The notes under the pieces are model-generated. The model made no database searches, was not told the origin of the DNA, and worked only from the letters and a program-made list of their open reading frames with translations. A program made the translations under genes and the position numbers. From NCBI GenBank assembly GCA_025451235.1, contig JANWKT010000034.1, forward strand, positions 77,014-141,013: 64,000 nt of DNA, written 5' to 3'. Below, piece after piece: positions 10,644-19,562 of the stretch; the stretch's first letter is position 1; every line of letters starts with the position of its first letter. This DNA is from Flavobacteriales bacterium (GTDB lineage Bacteria > Bacteroidota > Bacteroidia > CAIKAF01).

Positions 10644-10879
10644 GTATTTGGCTATTTCAAGATACAAATATATAGGTTTATTGGTATTGACCATTTACAA
10701 ATTATAAGGGTTATCGGGCAAGAAAACCTAACACCTTCTAAAACCAGCCGTGGACCTGGATTTTCGCCTCCTGGTTGTAGTACCACCCGGGGGTATTTTT
10801 AGACCATAAATCCCAGGCGTTTAGCGTAACTCGGGAACTTCGGGTATTTTGAAAGGCAAGGATGTTGGGCGCAAAAGAA

Positions 10880-11602
10880 TCATTGCAATCCGTTGGTCCT
10901 TTTTAAAATTTCAATCAGGGTTCCTGCCTCATGTGATTTTGCTGAGGGAACCGGAAATTTGGCAAAGGTTTGGGTCCTTCCATGTTTAGAAGGATAACTA
11001 TATGTGATCTTGATCTCCAGCAATAATTCCGTTTTTGGCAATAGCTCAATATTTTCCATTTTGTTTTTCCTTCCGCCCCAGGTATGAAAAATACCCCCCA
11101 AATAATAACTTTTTTTTCCCAAAATGAGTTGAGGGTGATTTTTTCTTCGCTGTTGTACTTGCTTATACCTGCGTACCAAAAGAAATACGATCAGCAGGGC
11201 TACTGCCATATATACAAGGATCATTTCCGGATGGCCGAAACTTGAACTGGCAATTAATCCTGTAAACAGAAAAAACCCTCCTGCTACGATGGCCACTACA
11301 ATAGCCATCTTCGATTTTTTTTTCTGGTCACTCTTTAAATATTCTTCCCATTCCTGTTGATTAAAGGTCCATTCCACAAAATAATCCCTTTCATCCATGA
11401 ATTTTTGTAGTTGCCTGGATTGAACCATAGATACCACAAACCCAAGCAGAGAAATCACCAATACAAAGCTGGCAGGGACCATCAAAGATCCCGCATAGCT
11501 CATATCCTCCTCACTTACTACCAGTGCGGTAATCATTAAAGCAATCGTCATGAGGAATAATACCAGCCAAAAAAGAATGGATTTTCTGGGATAGTTGATC
11601 AT
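10880..11602 (-). CDS. Hypothetical membrane protein (about 4 TM helices)
   Basis: 240-aa ORF with two hydrophobic hairpins; fills the space between a terminator and the TonB receptor gene. Confidence 0.7.
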   Translation of the reverse strand: MINYPRKSILFWLVLFLMTIALMITALVVSEEDMSYAGSLMVPASFVLVISLLGFVVSMVQSRQLQKFMDERDYFVEWTFNQQEWEEYLKSDQKKKSKMAIVVAIVAGGFFLFTGLIASSSFGHPEMILVYMAVALLIVFLLVRRYKQVQQRRKNHPQLILGKKSYYLGGIFHTWGGRKNKMENIELLPKTELLLEIKITYSYPSKHGRTQTFAKFPVPSAKSHEAGTLIEILKRTNGLQ

Positions 11603-11627
11603 GGGTTAAAGTTTGGGTAATTATAAT

Positions 11628-11658
11628 AAAAAAAACCGTCCCGGTTAAACCGGGACGG
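11628..11658 (-). terminator. Intrinsic terminator after M43 protease gene
   Basis: CCGTCCCGGTT-a-AACCGGGACGG inverted repeat with upstream A-tract. Confidence 0.85.
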
Positions 11659-11685
11659 CCTTCTCTTTATATTATTTGAGCAATA

Positions 11686-14049
11686 CTATTCTATAATTAC
11701 TTTTTTTGTGGCCACTGCTCCGTTTACATTCAATCTTACCATATAGATTCCAGCAGCATTAAAGTCGGCATTGTGCAGCTCAAGGAATTGATCACCGGCA
11801 TTCATATTACCGCTGAATATTTCTTTGATCACCCTGCCTGTTATATCCACCACGTCGACCGTTACTTTCGAGTCCTCACTGAGTTTAAAATAAATCTGAC
11901 TGGTTGAATTCACCGGGTTAGGATAAATAGCATAATCTGTTTCAGCTAATTCATCTTCTACTCCAATGGAGGTTGAATTGGTAATATTGATCTGGTCGAT
12001 ATAAAAATCATTTCCATAAGGACCTCCGCTTGTCCACTCAAACATCACACGGAAATTTGTTGAACTGGTAAATGAAGCCAAATCAACTTCACCTTCATTC
12101 CATTGTGAGGCATCCGTAGGTACAAATCCACTTGGGAATAAACCTGCTGTATAAAGTGTATCACCACTGATAATGGAACGGGTTACCCCATCAATTTTTA
12201 TGGGACGTAATGACCAGTTCTCTCCACAGTTGGTAGATACATATACCCTTAACTGATCGTTGTTATAAGCCCATGGCATAGCGGATAATCTTGCACCGGC
12301 ATATTTAAAGTATAATTTTTCACCGCTAATGGTGGTAAGATCGTAAGATGCTGAGATCAGGAAATCTTTCTCATAAATGATATTGTTTCCATTTTCCATT
12401 TTCATGCATTTGGAACTCATATAACCGGTATTGGTTACTTGCTCCCATTTGTTAGCAGGATCAATTCCCTGGTCAATGACCATCCATTTTCCTTGCTCAT
12501 ATAAGCTGGTTGAATATTCAAAATCTTCATAATATACATAATTCGATTCGTCAGCTGTATTAGAAGTAACGTGTACATAATTGTCACGGGTTTTGGTGCT
12601 TACACCCTCCGCATTGGTAGATGTAATGGTTACATCATAATCACCCGGATTGGCATAAGTTACCACAGGTGCGGCAGTAGTTGAAGTACCTGGTGAGCCA
12701 CCTGGGAAATCCCATACCCTTGTGGTAGCGGAATTGCCTGGATTAGAGTTATTATAGGTACCATCTCTCATGGTGAGGGATTGGCCGGCACAGATCAATT
12801 TAAACTTGATGTAATTGGTGGCCCCATCCGTGCTCCACAGGTCAGCAACCGGAGGTGCTGAACATAAAGAAGATTGTGAAGCATCATCTGTTCCAGTAGC
12901 AATCACATTAGCAGGATCACTTAGGCTTCCTCTGAAAGCAACCATTTCCATGGTCACATTCATTTTACGATATTGTCCTTCTGAGAACATCCACTGACAA
13001 TTTTCATCAGAGTAGTCCATAAAATTCATCCATTGTTCACCTACCTGATAACGTAAAACAAGGTTTTGTGCATTGAGTGCTGAGTCGGTAGTATTGGTAT
13101 CTGTAATACAAGTTGCAGTTTTAGGCAATGGGAAACAGCCAGGTCCGCTAAAATTTTCACCAAAATGGATAGGTGTATCATCAATTCCATCACTTCCACA
13201 TTCTTCATCACCCCATATATGGAAAAGACCTAACCAGTGACCTGCCTCATGCGTTGGTGTGGCTCCTGATTGGCCGGATGCAGTTCCGGTAGTTCCCATT
13301 CTTGTATGGATCAACGCTACTCCATCGGTTGAAGTAAGCGGAAATTGACCACCAAAAGCGAAAGGGAATTGAGCATATCCTAATAAGGAAGGATCAGGGA
13401 AATTTTTCACGATCCATAGATTAAAATATTTTGATCTGTCCCAACCACTTAATTGTTTGAACATGGTACTGTTTTCTGCATCCTCTGCTTTTTCGGTATA
13501 TACCCTTACAATACCATCGGTACAATTACCCAATGGGTCTTTGGTGGCTAAGCGGAATTCAAATCTATTCAGCATTTGAGAACCAGGACCTGAGATATAG
13601 GCAGTATCACCACCATTAAAATAAGGGACTACGCTATCAAAGGCGGGAAAATTAGGTGGAGGTAAGCTCAGGGCTGCTAATCCAGGACTTTCCATTGCAA
13701 ATAAGGTATTCAATGCAGTGATCTGACTAACGATCTGTGCTCTTGAAATATTTTCTGTTCCACCAATATGCAATACATGCACAACTACGGGGATGGTATA
13801 TTTACCTGATACAGCCCTTTCCATCTCTCTGAGATCAAGGTGCTGGCTTTGCTCTTTCCAATTATTTTCAAATTGAAGGTAAGCTTCCCAGAAACCAGGA
13901 TATTGCTCGGCCAGTTTATGGATATCATTTCCACATTTGTTGTAATGATCCGGAGTTTGAGCAAAGGCTTGAGAACAAAAAGCCAATCCGGCCAATATGG
14001 CCATCGATAGTTTTTTGCTCAGTAAATGTTGGTAAAATTTCAATTTCAT
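11686..14049 (-). CDS. M43 (pappalysin/ulilysin-like) zinc metalloprotease with PKD domain and T9SS type A CTD
   Basis: 'YTIPVVVHVLH', HEAGHWLGLFH zinc motif, 'MNFMDYS' Met-turn, 'WDFPGGSP...YANPGDYDV' PKD, 'IYPNP...AGIYMV' CTD. Confidence 0.92.
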   Translation of the reverse strand: MKLKFYQHLLSKKLSMAILAGLAFCSQAFAQTPDHYNKCGNDIHKLAEQYPGFWEAYLQFENNWKEQSQHLDLREMERAVSGKYTIPVVVHVLHIGGTENISRAQIVSQITALNTLFAMESPGLAALSLPPPNFPAFDSVVPYFNGGDTAYISGPGSQMLNRFEFRLATKDPLGNCTDGIVRVYTEKAEDAENSTMFKQLSGWDRSKYFNLWIVKNFPDPSLLGYAQFPFAFGGQFPLTSTDGVALIHTRMGTTGTASGQSGATPTHEAGHWLGLFHIWGDEECGSDGIDDTPIHFGENFSGPGCFPLPKTATCITDTNTTDSALNAQNLVLRYQVGEQWMNFMDYSDENCQWMFSEGQYRKMNVTMEMVAFRGSLSDPANVIATGTDDASQSSLCSAPPVADLWSTDGATNYIKFKLICAGQSLTMRDGTYNNSNPGNSATTRVWDFPGGSPGTSTTAAPVVTYANPGDYDVTITSTNAEGVSTKTRDNYVHVTSNTADESNYVYYEDFEYSTSLYEQGKWMVIDQGIDPANKWEQVTNTGYMSSKCMKMENGNNIIYEKDFLISASYDLTTISGEKLYFKYAGARLSAMPWAYNNDQLRVYVSTNCGENWSLRPIKIDGVTRSIISGDTLYTAGLFPSGFVPTDASQWNEGEVDLASFTSSTNFRVMFEWTSGGPYGNDFYIDQINITNSTSIGVEDELAETDYAIYPNPVNSTSQIYFKLSEDSKVTVDVVDITGRVIKEIFSGNMNAGDQFLELHNADFNAAGIYMVRLNVNGAVATKKVIIE

Positions 14050-14257
14050 AGTTGACCTATTAAATAGTTTGCGTTGCTAAAGTCTTAAACTTTCTTAATA
14101 ACCCCAAAAACATTTTCCGGTCATTATCGGATTCTTTTTCGAGATCACGAGGGCAAAGTTAAAGGAATAATGTTTTTTTCCAACCCCCTTTTCTCCTTTT
14201 ATACCAATTGGTTAGGTTCAAATATAGGTTTTGTCCTGTATGAATGGTAAACTTTAC

Positions 14258-14265
14258 TACTTTTG
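14258..14265 (+). promoter_or_regulatory. Bacteroidota sigma70 -7 box (TAnnTTTG) upstream of gap
   Basis: TACTTTTG ending 40 nt before the gap ATG. Confidence 0.6.
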
Positions 14266-14304
14266 CGCAAATTTTTCACATTATCCACTATTAAACCTAT
14301 AAAA

Positions 14305-15303
14305 ATGAGTAAAATAAATGTAGCCATTAATGGTTTTGGCAGGATCGGACGAATCACTTTAAGAGCACTGCTTCAAAAACCCAATGTAAATGTAGTAGCA
14401 ATCAACGATTTAACAGATAATAAAACGTTGGCCCATTTGTTCAAGTATGATTCCGTTCACGGCAGGTTTAACGGAACCGTTGAGGTTGATGATCAAAACA
14501 TTATAATTAATGGTCAAAAAATAAGAGGACTCGCTGAAAGGTCTCCGGAAAAGCTTCCCTGGAAAGATTTGAATGTGGATGTTGTGTTGGAATGCACAGG
14601 CTTGTTCCTCAGCAGCGATAAAGCAATTGGCCACATCAATGCAGGGGCCAAAAGAGTGGTACTATCAGCCCCAGCCAAAGGTGACGATATAAAAATGATT
14701 GTGTTGGGGGGGAATGAGGACACCATAACGGCGGAGGATAAAATAATTTCAAATGCCTCATGTACAACCAATTGTGTTAGCCCACTCGTAAAAGTAGTAG
14801 ATGCCATCTGTGGGATTGAGAATGGATATATGATGACGATTCATGCCTATACGTCCGATCAGAGTTTGCAAGATGCTCCGCACAACGACCTTCGTCGTGC
14901 CAGGGCAGCTGCGTTGTCTATCGTTCCTACTTCAACAGGGGCTGCTAAAGCCATTGGAAAAATTTTCCCTCATTTAAATGGTAAATTAGATGGAACTTCT
15001 GTGAGGGTCCCAACCCCAACAGGCTCATTAACGGATCTGTCGCTGATTGTAAAAACATCTAAAACTGCCGCTGAGATCAATGCTGCTTTTAAGGCAGCAG
15101 CCGAAGGGCCGTTAAAAGGTATATTGGAATACACCGAAGACGAAATTGTATCCGCCGATATCGTTGGTAATACCCATTCATGCATATTCGATTCAAAACT
15201 CACCTTTGTAAAAGGAAATATGGTAAAAGTATTTGGCTGGTACGACAATGAAGTTGGATATAGCAACCGATTGGCAGATCTTTGTGAAAGGTTGGCCAAG
15301 TAA
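14305..15303 (+). CDS. gap: Glyceraldehyde-3-phosphate dehydrogenase (type I)
   Basis: INGFGRIGR, ASCTTNC active site, WYDNE; start at MSKINV. Confidence 0.98.
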   Translation: MSKINVAINGFGRIGRITLRALLQKPNVNVVAINDLTDNKTLAHLFKYDSVHGRFNGTVEVDDQNIIINGQKIRGLAERSPEKLPWKDLNVDVVLECTGLFLSSDKAIGHINAGAKRVVLSAPAKGDDIKMIVLGGNEDTITAEDKIISNASCTTNCVSPLVKVVDAICGIENGYMMTIHAYTSDQSLQDAPHNDLRRARAAALSIVPTSTGAAKAIGKIFPHLNGKLDGTSVRVPTPTGSLTDLSLIVKTSKTAAEINAAFKAAAEGPLKGILEYTEDEIVSADIVGNTHSCIFDSKLTFVKGNMVKVFGWYDNEVGYSNRLADLCERLAK

Positions 15304-15331
15304 TAAGTAGCTTGGAAGTTCATTCTTTCAT

Positions 15332-15415
15332 GCCCACGTGGCGAAATTGGTAAACGTTGCGGTCTCAGAAGCCGTTGGAGTTAAATCCTTGGGAGTTCGA
15401 GTCTCCCCGTGGGCA
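15332..15415 (+). tRNA. tRNA-Leu (anticodon CAG)
   Basis: Acceptor GCCCACG/CGTGGGC plus discriminator A; D-arm TGGCGAAATTGGTAAAC; anticodon loop CT-CAG-AA; long variable arm; T-arm GGGAG-TTCGAGT-CTCCC. CCA is not encoded. Confidence 0.92.
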
Positions 15416-15483
15416 CAAAAAGTTCAAAGTTTGAGGTTTGGATCTTGAACATATTGGCTTACATAGCTAATATAAAAACGAAT

Positions 15484-16125
15484 CTACCTTTTTCGGATCA
15501 ACATTAATCCATCCCTTACCGGCATCAGTACGTTATCCACCCTTTCATCCTTCAATATTTTATTGTTGAAATCAAAAAGGCTTTTGGTTTCTTCATCTAA
15601 TAATTCATAGGGTTCAATTACTTTTCCGCTCCATAAAACATTATCAGCCACAATAAATCCCCCGGGTCTTACGCTGTCAAAAACCAGGTCATAATAATTA
15701 CTGTAATTTTCTTTATCCGCATCAATAAAAACCAGGTCCCAGGTTTCTTTCAAACCAGGAATGATCTGGATAGCATCTCCTATAATAAATTCAATTTTAC
15801 TTTTTAATCCGGCCTGTTCAATATATTTTTCGGCTATATGAGAAATCTCGTCATTGATATCGATGGTGATCAGCTTTCCTCCTTCTGCCAGACCGTAGGC
15901 CATACAAATGGCCGAATAGCCAGTATAAGTGCCTATTTCCAGGACCCGGTTAGGCCTCATCATATGGCTAAAGCTTTCCAACACTTTGCCTTGTAAATGT
16001 CCACTCAGCATTCTTGGCCTTAATACTTTGGCCCAGGTTTCCCTATGTAACTCAGCTAAAACAGAGCATTCTGGCTTAGAATGATCGGTGGCATACTGTT
16101 CAATTTCGGCAGGTAAAAATTCCAT
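15484..16125 (-). CDS. O-methyltransferase (caffeoyl-CoA/catechol OMT family)
   Basis: VLEIGTYTGYSA, DLVFIDADK, ADNVLW, PVRDGL. Confidence 0.93.
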   Translation of the reverse strand: MEFLPAEIEQYATDHSKPECSVLAELHRETWAKVLRPRMLSGHLQGKVLESFSHMMRPNRVLEIGTYTGYSAICMAYGLAEGGKLITIDINDEISHIAEKYIEQAGLKSKIEFIIGDAIQIIPGLKETWDLVFIDADKENYSNYYDLVFDSVRPGGFIVADNVLWSGKVIEPYELLDEETKSLFDFNNKILKDERVDNVLMPVRDGLMLIRKR

Positions 16126-16292
16126 ATTTTCTAGTAGTTAAGCGTAAGACAAATTAATAATAATAAACCTATAAGTGGGATAGATATTATTAACTAAAAC
16201 ATGTATTTTATTTTTTAGGCCAAAAAACCCACAAACAGGAAAATTTTACTACTTTCGGAACCTCTAAATCAAACCGATAAAACACAACCAAC

Positions 16293-18065
16293 ATGAACAT
16301 TACTCGGAACTTCGACTTGTTAGCCAACTTAAAAGAGAACCACAATTTCTCGATAGGTATTTCGGGCAAAAAGAATGGCAAATGGACCAATTATAGCACC
16401 AATGAATACGTTGAGGCGGTTAATAATGTGAGCTATGGTCTTTTAAAACTTGGTATAGGCAGGGGGGATAAAGTGGCCATTATTTCGACCAACCGGCCCG
16501 AATGGAATTTTGCAGATTTCGGAGCCAGCCAGCTGGGCTGTGTAACCGTTCCCATGTATCCTACCATTAGCGAAACAGATTATAAGTATATTTTAAATAA
16601 TTCTGAGGCCAAGGTCGTTTTTGTTGAATCGCTTGATATCTATCAAAAAATTGCAGCCGTAAAAAATGAAGTTCCCTCTTTACAATATATTTATTCTTTT
16701 GAGCATATTCCCAATCTCCCCATGATATCGGAGTTGTTGGAATTAGGCAAGAAAAATCCGGAACCGGCTAAATTAAAGGAACTGATTGACCAGGTAAAGC
16801 CTGAAGACCTAATGACATTGATCTATACCTCCGGCACCACTGGTACCCCTAAAGGAGTAATGCTTACCCACAACAATATCATGGCCAATATCCGTTCCAG
16901 CCAACATTTATTTCCGTTTGCACCCGGAAACAGGGTATTAAGTTTTCTGCCGCTTTGCCATATATTCGAACGCATGGTTTGTTATTTGTACCACTATAAA
17001 GGCATCGTTATTTACTACGCCGAAAGTATGGAAACCATAGCGGACAATCTAAAAGAAGTAAAACCGATTGCCTTTACAACTGTGCCCAGGTTGTTGGAAA
17101 AAGTGTACGACAAAATCGTGGCCAAAGGATATACCCTTTCAGGGATCAAGAAAAAATTATTTTTCTGGGCTTTGGCACTGGGTCATAAGTTTGAGTTGGG
17201 TCGTAAGAACGGAGGTTGGTACCATACCAAATTGAAACTTGCCGATAAGTTGATTTTTAGTAAATGGAGAGCAGCGCTTGGAGGCGAAGTACAGATTATA
17301 GTTTCAGGTGCTTCCGCATTACAGCCGCGGCTTGCCAGGGTTTTTACCGCTGCAGGTATTACGGTTTTAGAAGGTTATGGGCTCACGGAGACTTCACCCG
17401 TTATTTCAGTGAATACACCCGATGAAGCTGGCAGAAGCTTTGGTACCGTAGGAGTAGTGATCCCTGATGTAACCGTAAAAATTGCGGAAGACGGAGAGAT
17501 CCTTTGCAAAGGCCCGAACGTTATGCAGGGTTATTATAAATTGCCTGATGCTACTAAAGAAGCCATTGACGCAGATGGTTGGTTCCATACCGGTGATATA
17601 GGAAAATTTGTAGACGATAAATATCTCAAGATCACTGATCGTAAAAAAGAAGTATTCAAAACAAGCGGAGGCAAATATATTGCACCACAGCCCATGGAAA
17701 ATAAATTCAAGGAATCTCCTTTTATTGAGCAGATCATGGTAATTGGGGAGAATGAAAAATTCCCAGCAGCCCTCATTACACCAGCCTGGGATTATTTAAA
17801 GGACTGGTGTGGTAAAAATGGCATTAGCTTCGCGTCACAGGAAGAAATGCTTAGCAAGCCCGAGGTGCTGGCTATGTATCAAAAAGAAATAGATTATTAT
17901 AATGCAGATTTTGGAAGCTGGGAGACGATCAAAAAATTCGCAATTATCCCCAATGACTGGAGCATTGATGGTGGAGAAATGACCCCAACACTCAAATTAA
18001 AGCGCAAACCCATCATGGCTAAGTATAATACTTTCGTGGAAAAAATCTATAAATCCGACAACTAG
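16293..18065 (+). CDS. Long-chain fatty acid--CoA ligase (FadD-like)
   Basis: IYTSGTTGTPKGVMLTH, EGYGLTETSP, GWFHTGDIG, ITDRKK. Confidence 0.93.
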   Translation: MNITRNFDLLANLKENHNFSIGISGKKNGKWTNYSTNEYVEAVNNVSYGLLKLGIGRGDKVAIISTNRPEWNFADFGASQLGCVTVPMYPTISETDYKYILNNSEAKVVFVESLDIYQKIAAVKNEVPSLQYIYSFEHIPNLPMISELLELGKKNPEPAKLKELIDQVKPEDLMTLIYTSGTTGTPKGVMLTHNNIMANIRSSQHLFPFAPGNRVLSFLPLCHIFERMVCYLYHYKGIVIYYAESMETIADNLKEVKPIAFTTVPRLLEKVYDKIVAKGYTLSGIKKKLFFWALALGHKFELGRKNGGWYHTKLKLADKLIFSKWRAALGGEVQIIVSGASALQPRLARVFTAAGITVLEGYGLTETSPVISVNTPDEAGRSFGTVGVVIPDVTVKIAEDGEILCKGPNVMQGYYKLPDATKEAIDADGWFHTGDIGKFVDDKYLKITDRKKEVFKTSGGKYIAPQPMENKFKESPFIEQIMVIGENEKFPAALITPAWDYLKDWCGKNGISFASQEEMLSKPEVLAMYQKEIDYYNADFGSWETIKKFAIIPNDWSIDGGEMTPTLKLKRKPIMAKYNTFVEKIYKSDN

Positions 18066-18278
18066 CTAATATATCTACGCTTCAAAATATTTGATTTTTT
18101 CAAGGTCATAAAAAACGACCCAGATCAATGGTATTTGGCCTCCTTTTTACGAGATGATGATGACTTGTTAGTAACACAGGGAAACATTATCCTATTTACT
18201 ACCAAAATTGTACATGTTATCTTATTTGTAATGTTATCTTTACTTTATATATTTGTTATATAGCGTACGGTGTCCCCT

Positions 18279-19562
18279 ATGAGAAAAATCCTTATTATTT
18301 CTTGTTTTCTCCTAGCCCAGGTTGGTTATGGGCAAGCTATTACCCTTACCATTACTGAGATCCATTATAATTCTGACTCAACAAGAAACTCCGGGGACTG
18401 GTTTGAATTACATAATTACGGTTCAAATAGCATTGATCTTTCATTATTCAGAATAAGGGATAGCAGCGCTACAGGGTTGTATCTCATTCAACCGGGGTTA
18501 AGCATCCCAGCAGGCGGATACCTGGTTTTTTGTACTGATACTCAACAATTTGACGCAATATATAACATCACCAACCGAATTGGGAACCTGGGGTATGGTT
18601 TTAACAATAAAACGGATGGGATCAGGATCTTCGACAATACCAATGCACTCGTACTACAGCTATTTTACCAGGATTCACTTCCATGGCCCATTGGGGCAGA
18701 TGGATTTGGAAGAACCCTTGAGATCATCAATACTTCTTTGAATCCATCGGATCCGCTCAGTTGGAGGACAGGATGCGTATTGGGATCACCTGGCGGACCG
18801 TTTGTCCCATGTGTGAATGAAACCATCGTGGTGAGTGAAATTAACTATAAATCCTCACCAACCGAGGATGCCGGAGATTGGTTCGAGATCCGGAATATTG
18901 GCTCAACTACCGTGGACATTGGCAATTACCGGGTGAGGGATGATAAGGATGTGAACTATTATGTGATTCCGGCGGGAACTGTACTTGCACCGCAGGGATC
19001 CGTGGTGGTCATTGACAATCCGGTAAAATTCAATCAACAATTTCCTCTCTTACCCAATAAAGTGGGACCCTTCTTTTTTAACCTGGCCGGTGATGGGGAT
19101 TGTATCCGCTTGTACAACTCTGCAGACAAAGTGATCTTTTCTATTTTTTACGATGATGATCCACCATGGTCTGATCAACCGGATGGAAATGGATATACCC
19201 TGGAAGCGGATACGATGTTCAACTTTTCCAGAGATGTGAACGACGCCTCCTCTTGGTTTGTGGGGTGTCCGGAGGGCTCCCCGGGTAAAAAGTACAATCC
19301 TGATTGCCTGGGAGGCATATATGATCCAGGTGTTGAATGGTCGATTTATCCCAACCCTTCTTCAGATTTTGTTCGAATCCTCTTGAGTGCTGAAATCCAG
19401 GATTGGAAAGTTAAAATTTACAATGCACTTGGTCAACAGATTATGAATTTAACCAATCAAACCTATATTCCGGTTAGCAACCTCTCCAATGGAACTTACA
19501 TCTTAGAAATAGAATCTTATTCCTTTCACTCGCGACAAAAAATAATGGTTTCCCATGAATAA
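18279..19562 (+). CDS. Secreted tandem lamin-tail-domain (LTD) protein with T9SS type A CTD
   Basis: Two 'I(T/S)EI.Y.S.....GDWFE..N.G' LTD repeats each with 'PW...DG.G.TLE...W.......GSPG'; 'IYPNPSSD...LSNGTYIL' CTD. Confidence 0.85.
   Translation: MRKILIISCFLLAQVGYGQAITLTITEIHYNSDSTRNSGDWFELHNYGSNSIDLSLFRIRDSSATGLYLIQPGLSIPAGGYLVFCTDTQQFDAIYNITNRIGNLGYGFNNKTDGIRIFDNTNALVLQLFYQDSLPWPIGADGFGRTLEIINTSLNPSDPLSWRTGCVLGSPGGPFVPCVNETIVVSEINYKSSPTEDAGDWFEIRNIGSTTVDIGNYRVRDDKDVNYYVIPAGTVLAPQGSVVVIDNPVKFNQQFPLLPNKVGPFFFNLAGDGDCIRLYNSADKVIFSIFYDDDPPWSDQPDGNGYTLEADTMFNFSRDVNDASSWFVGCPEGSPGKKYNPDCLGGIYDPGVEWSIYPNPSSDFVRILLSAEIQDWKVKIYNALGQQIMNLTNQTYIPVSNLSNGTYILEIESYSFHSRQKIMVSHE

Noticed and set aside
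10700-10875. Possible cobalamin or TPP riboswitch upstream of the TonB-dependent receptor
   Set aside because: The conserved cores (GGGAA...ACTG B12 box; CTGAGA...ACCTGA) are absent on the minus strand.
15332-15480. tRNA-Leu as an integration site for a genomic island
   Set aside because: I saw no duplicated tRNA 3' end and no integrase; the flanking genes are housekeeping.
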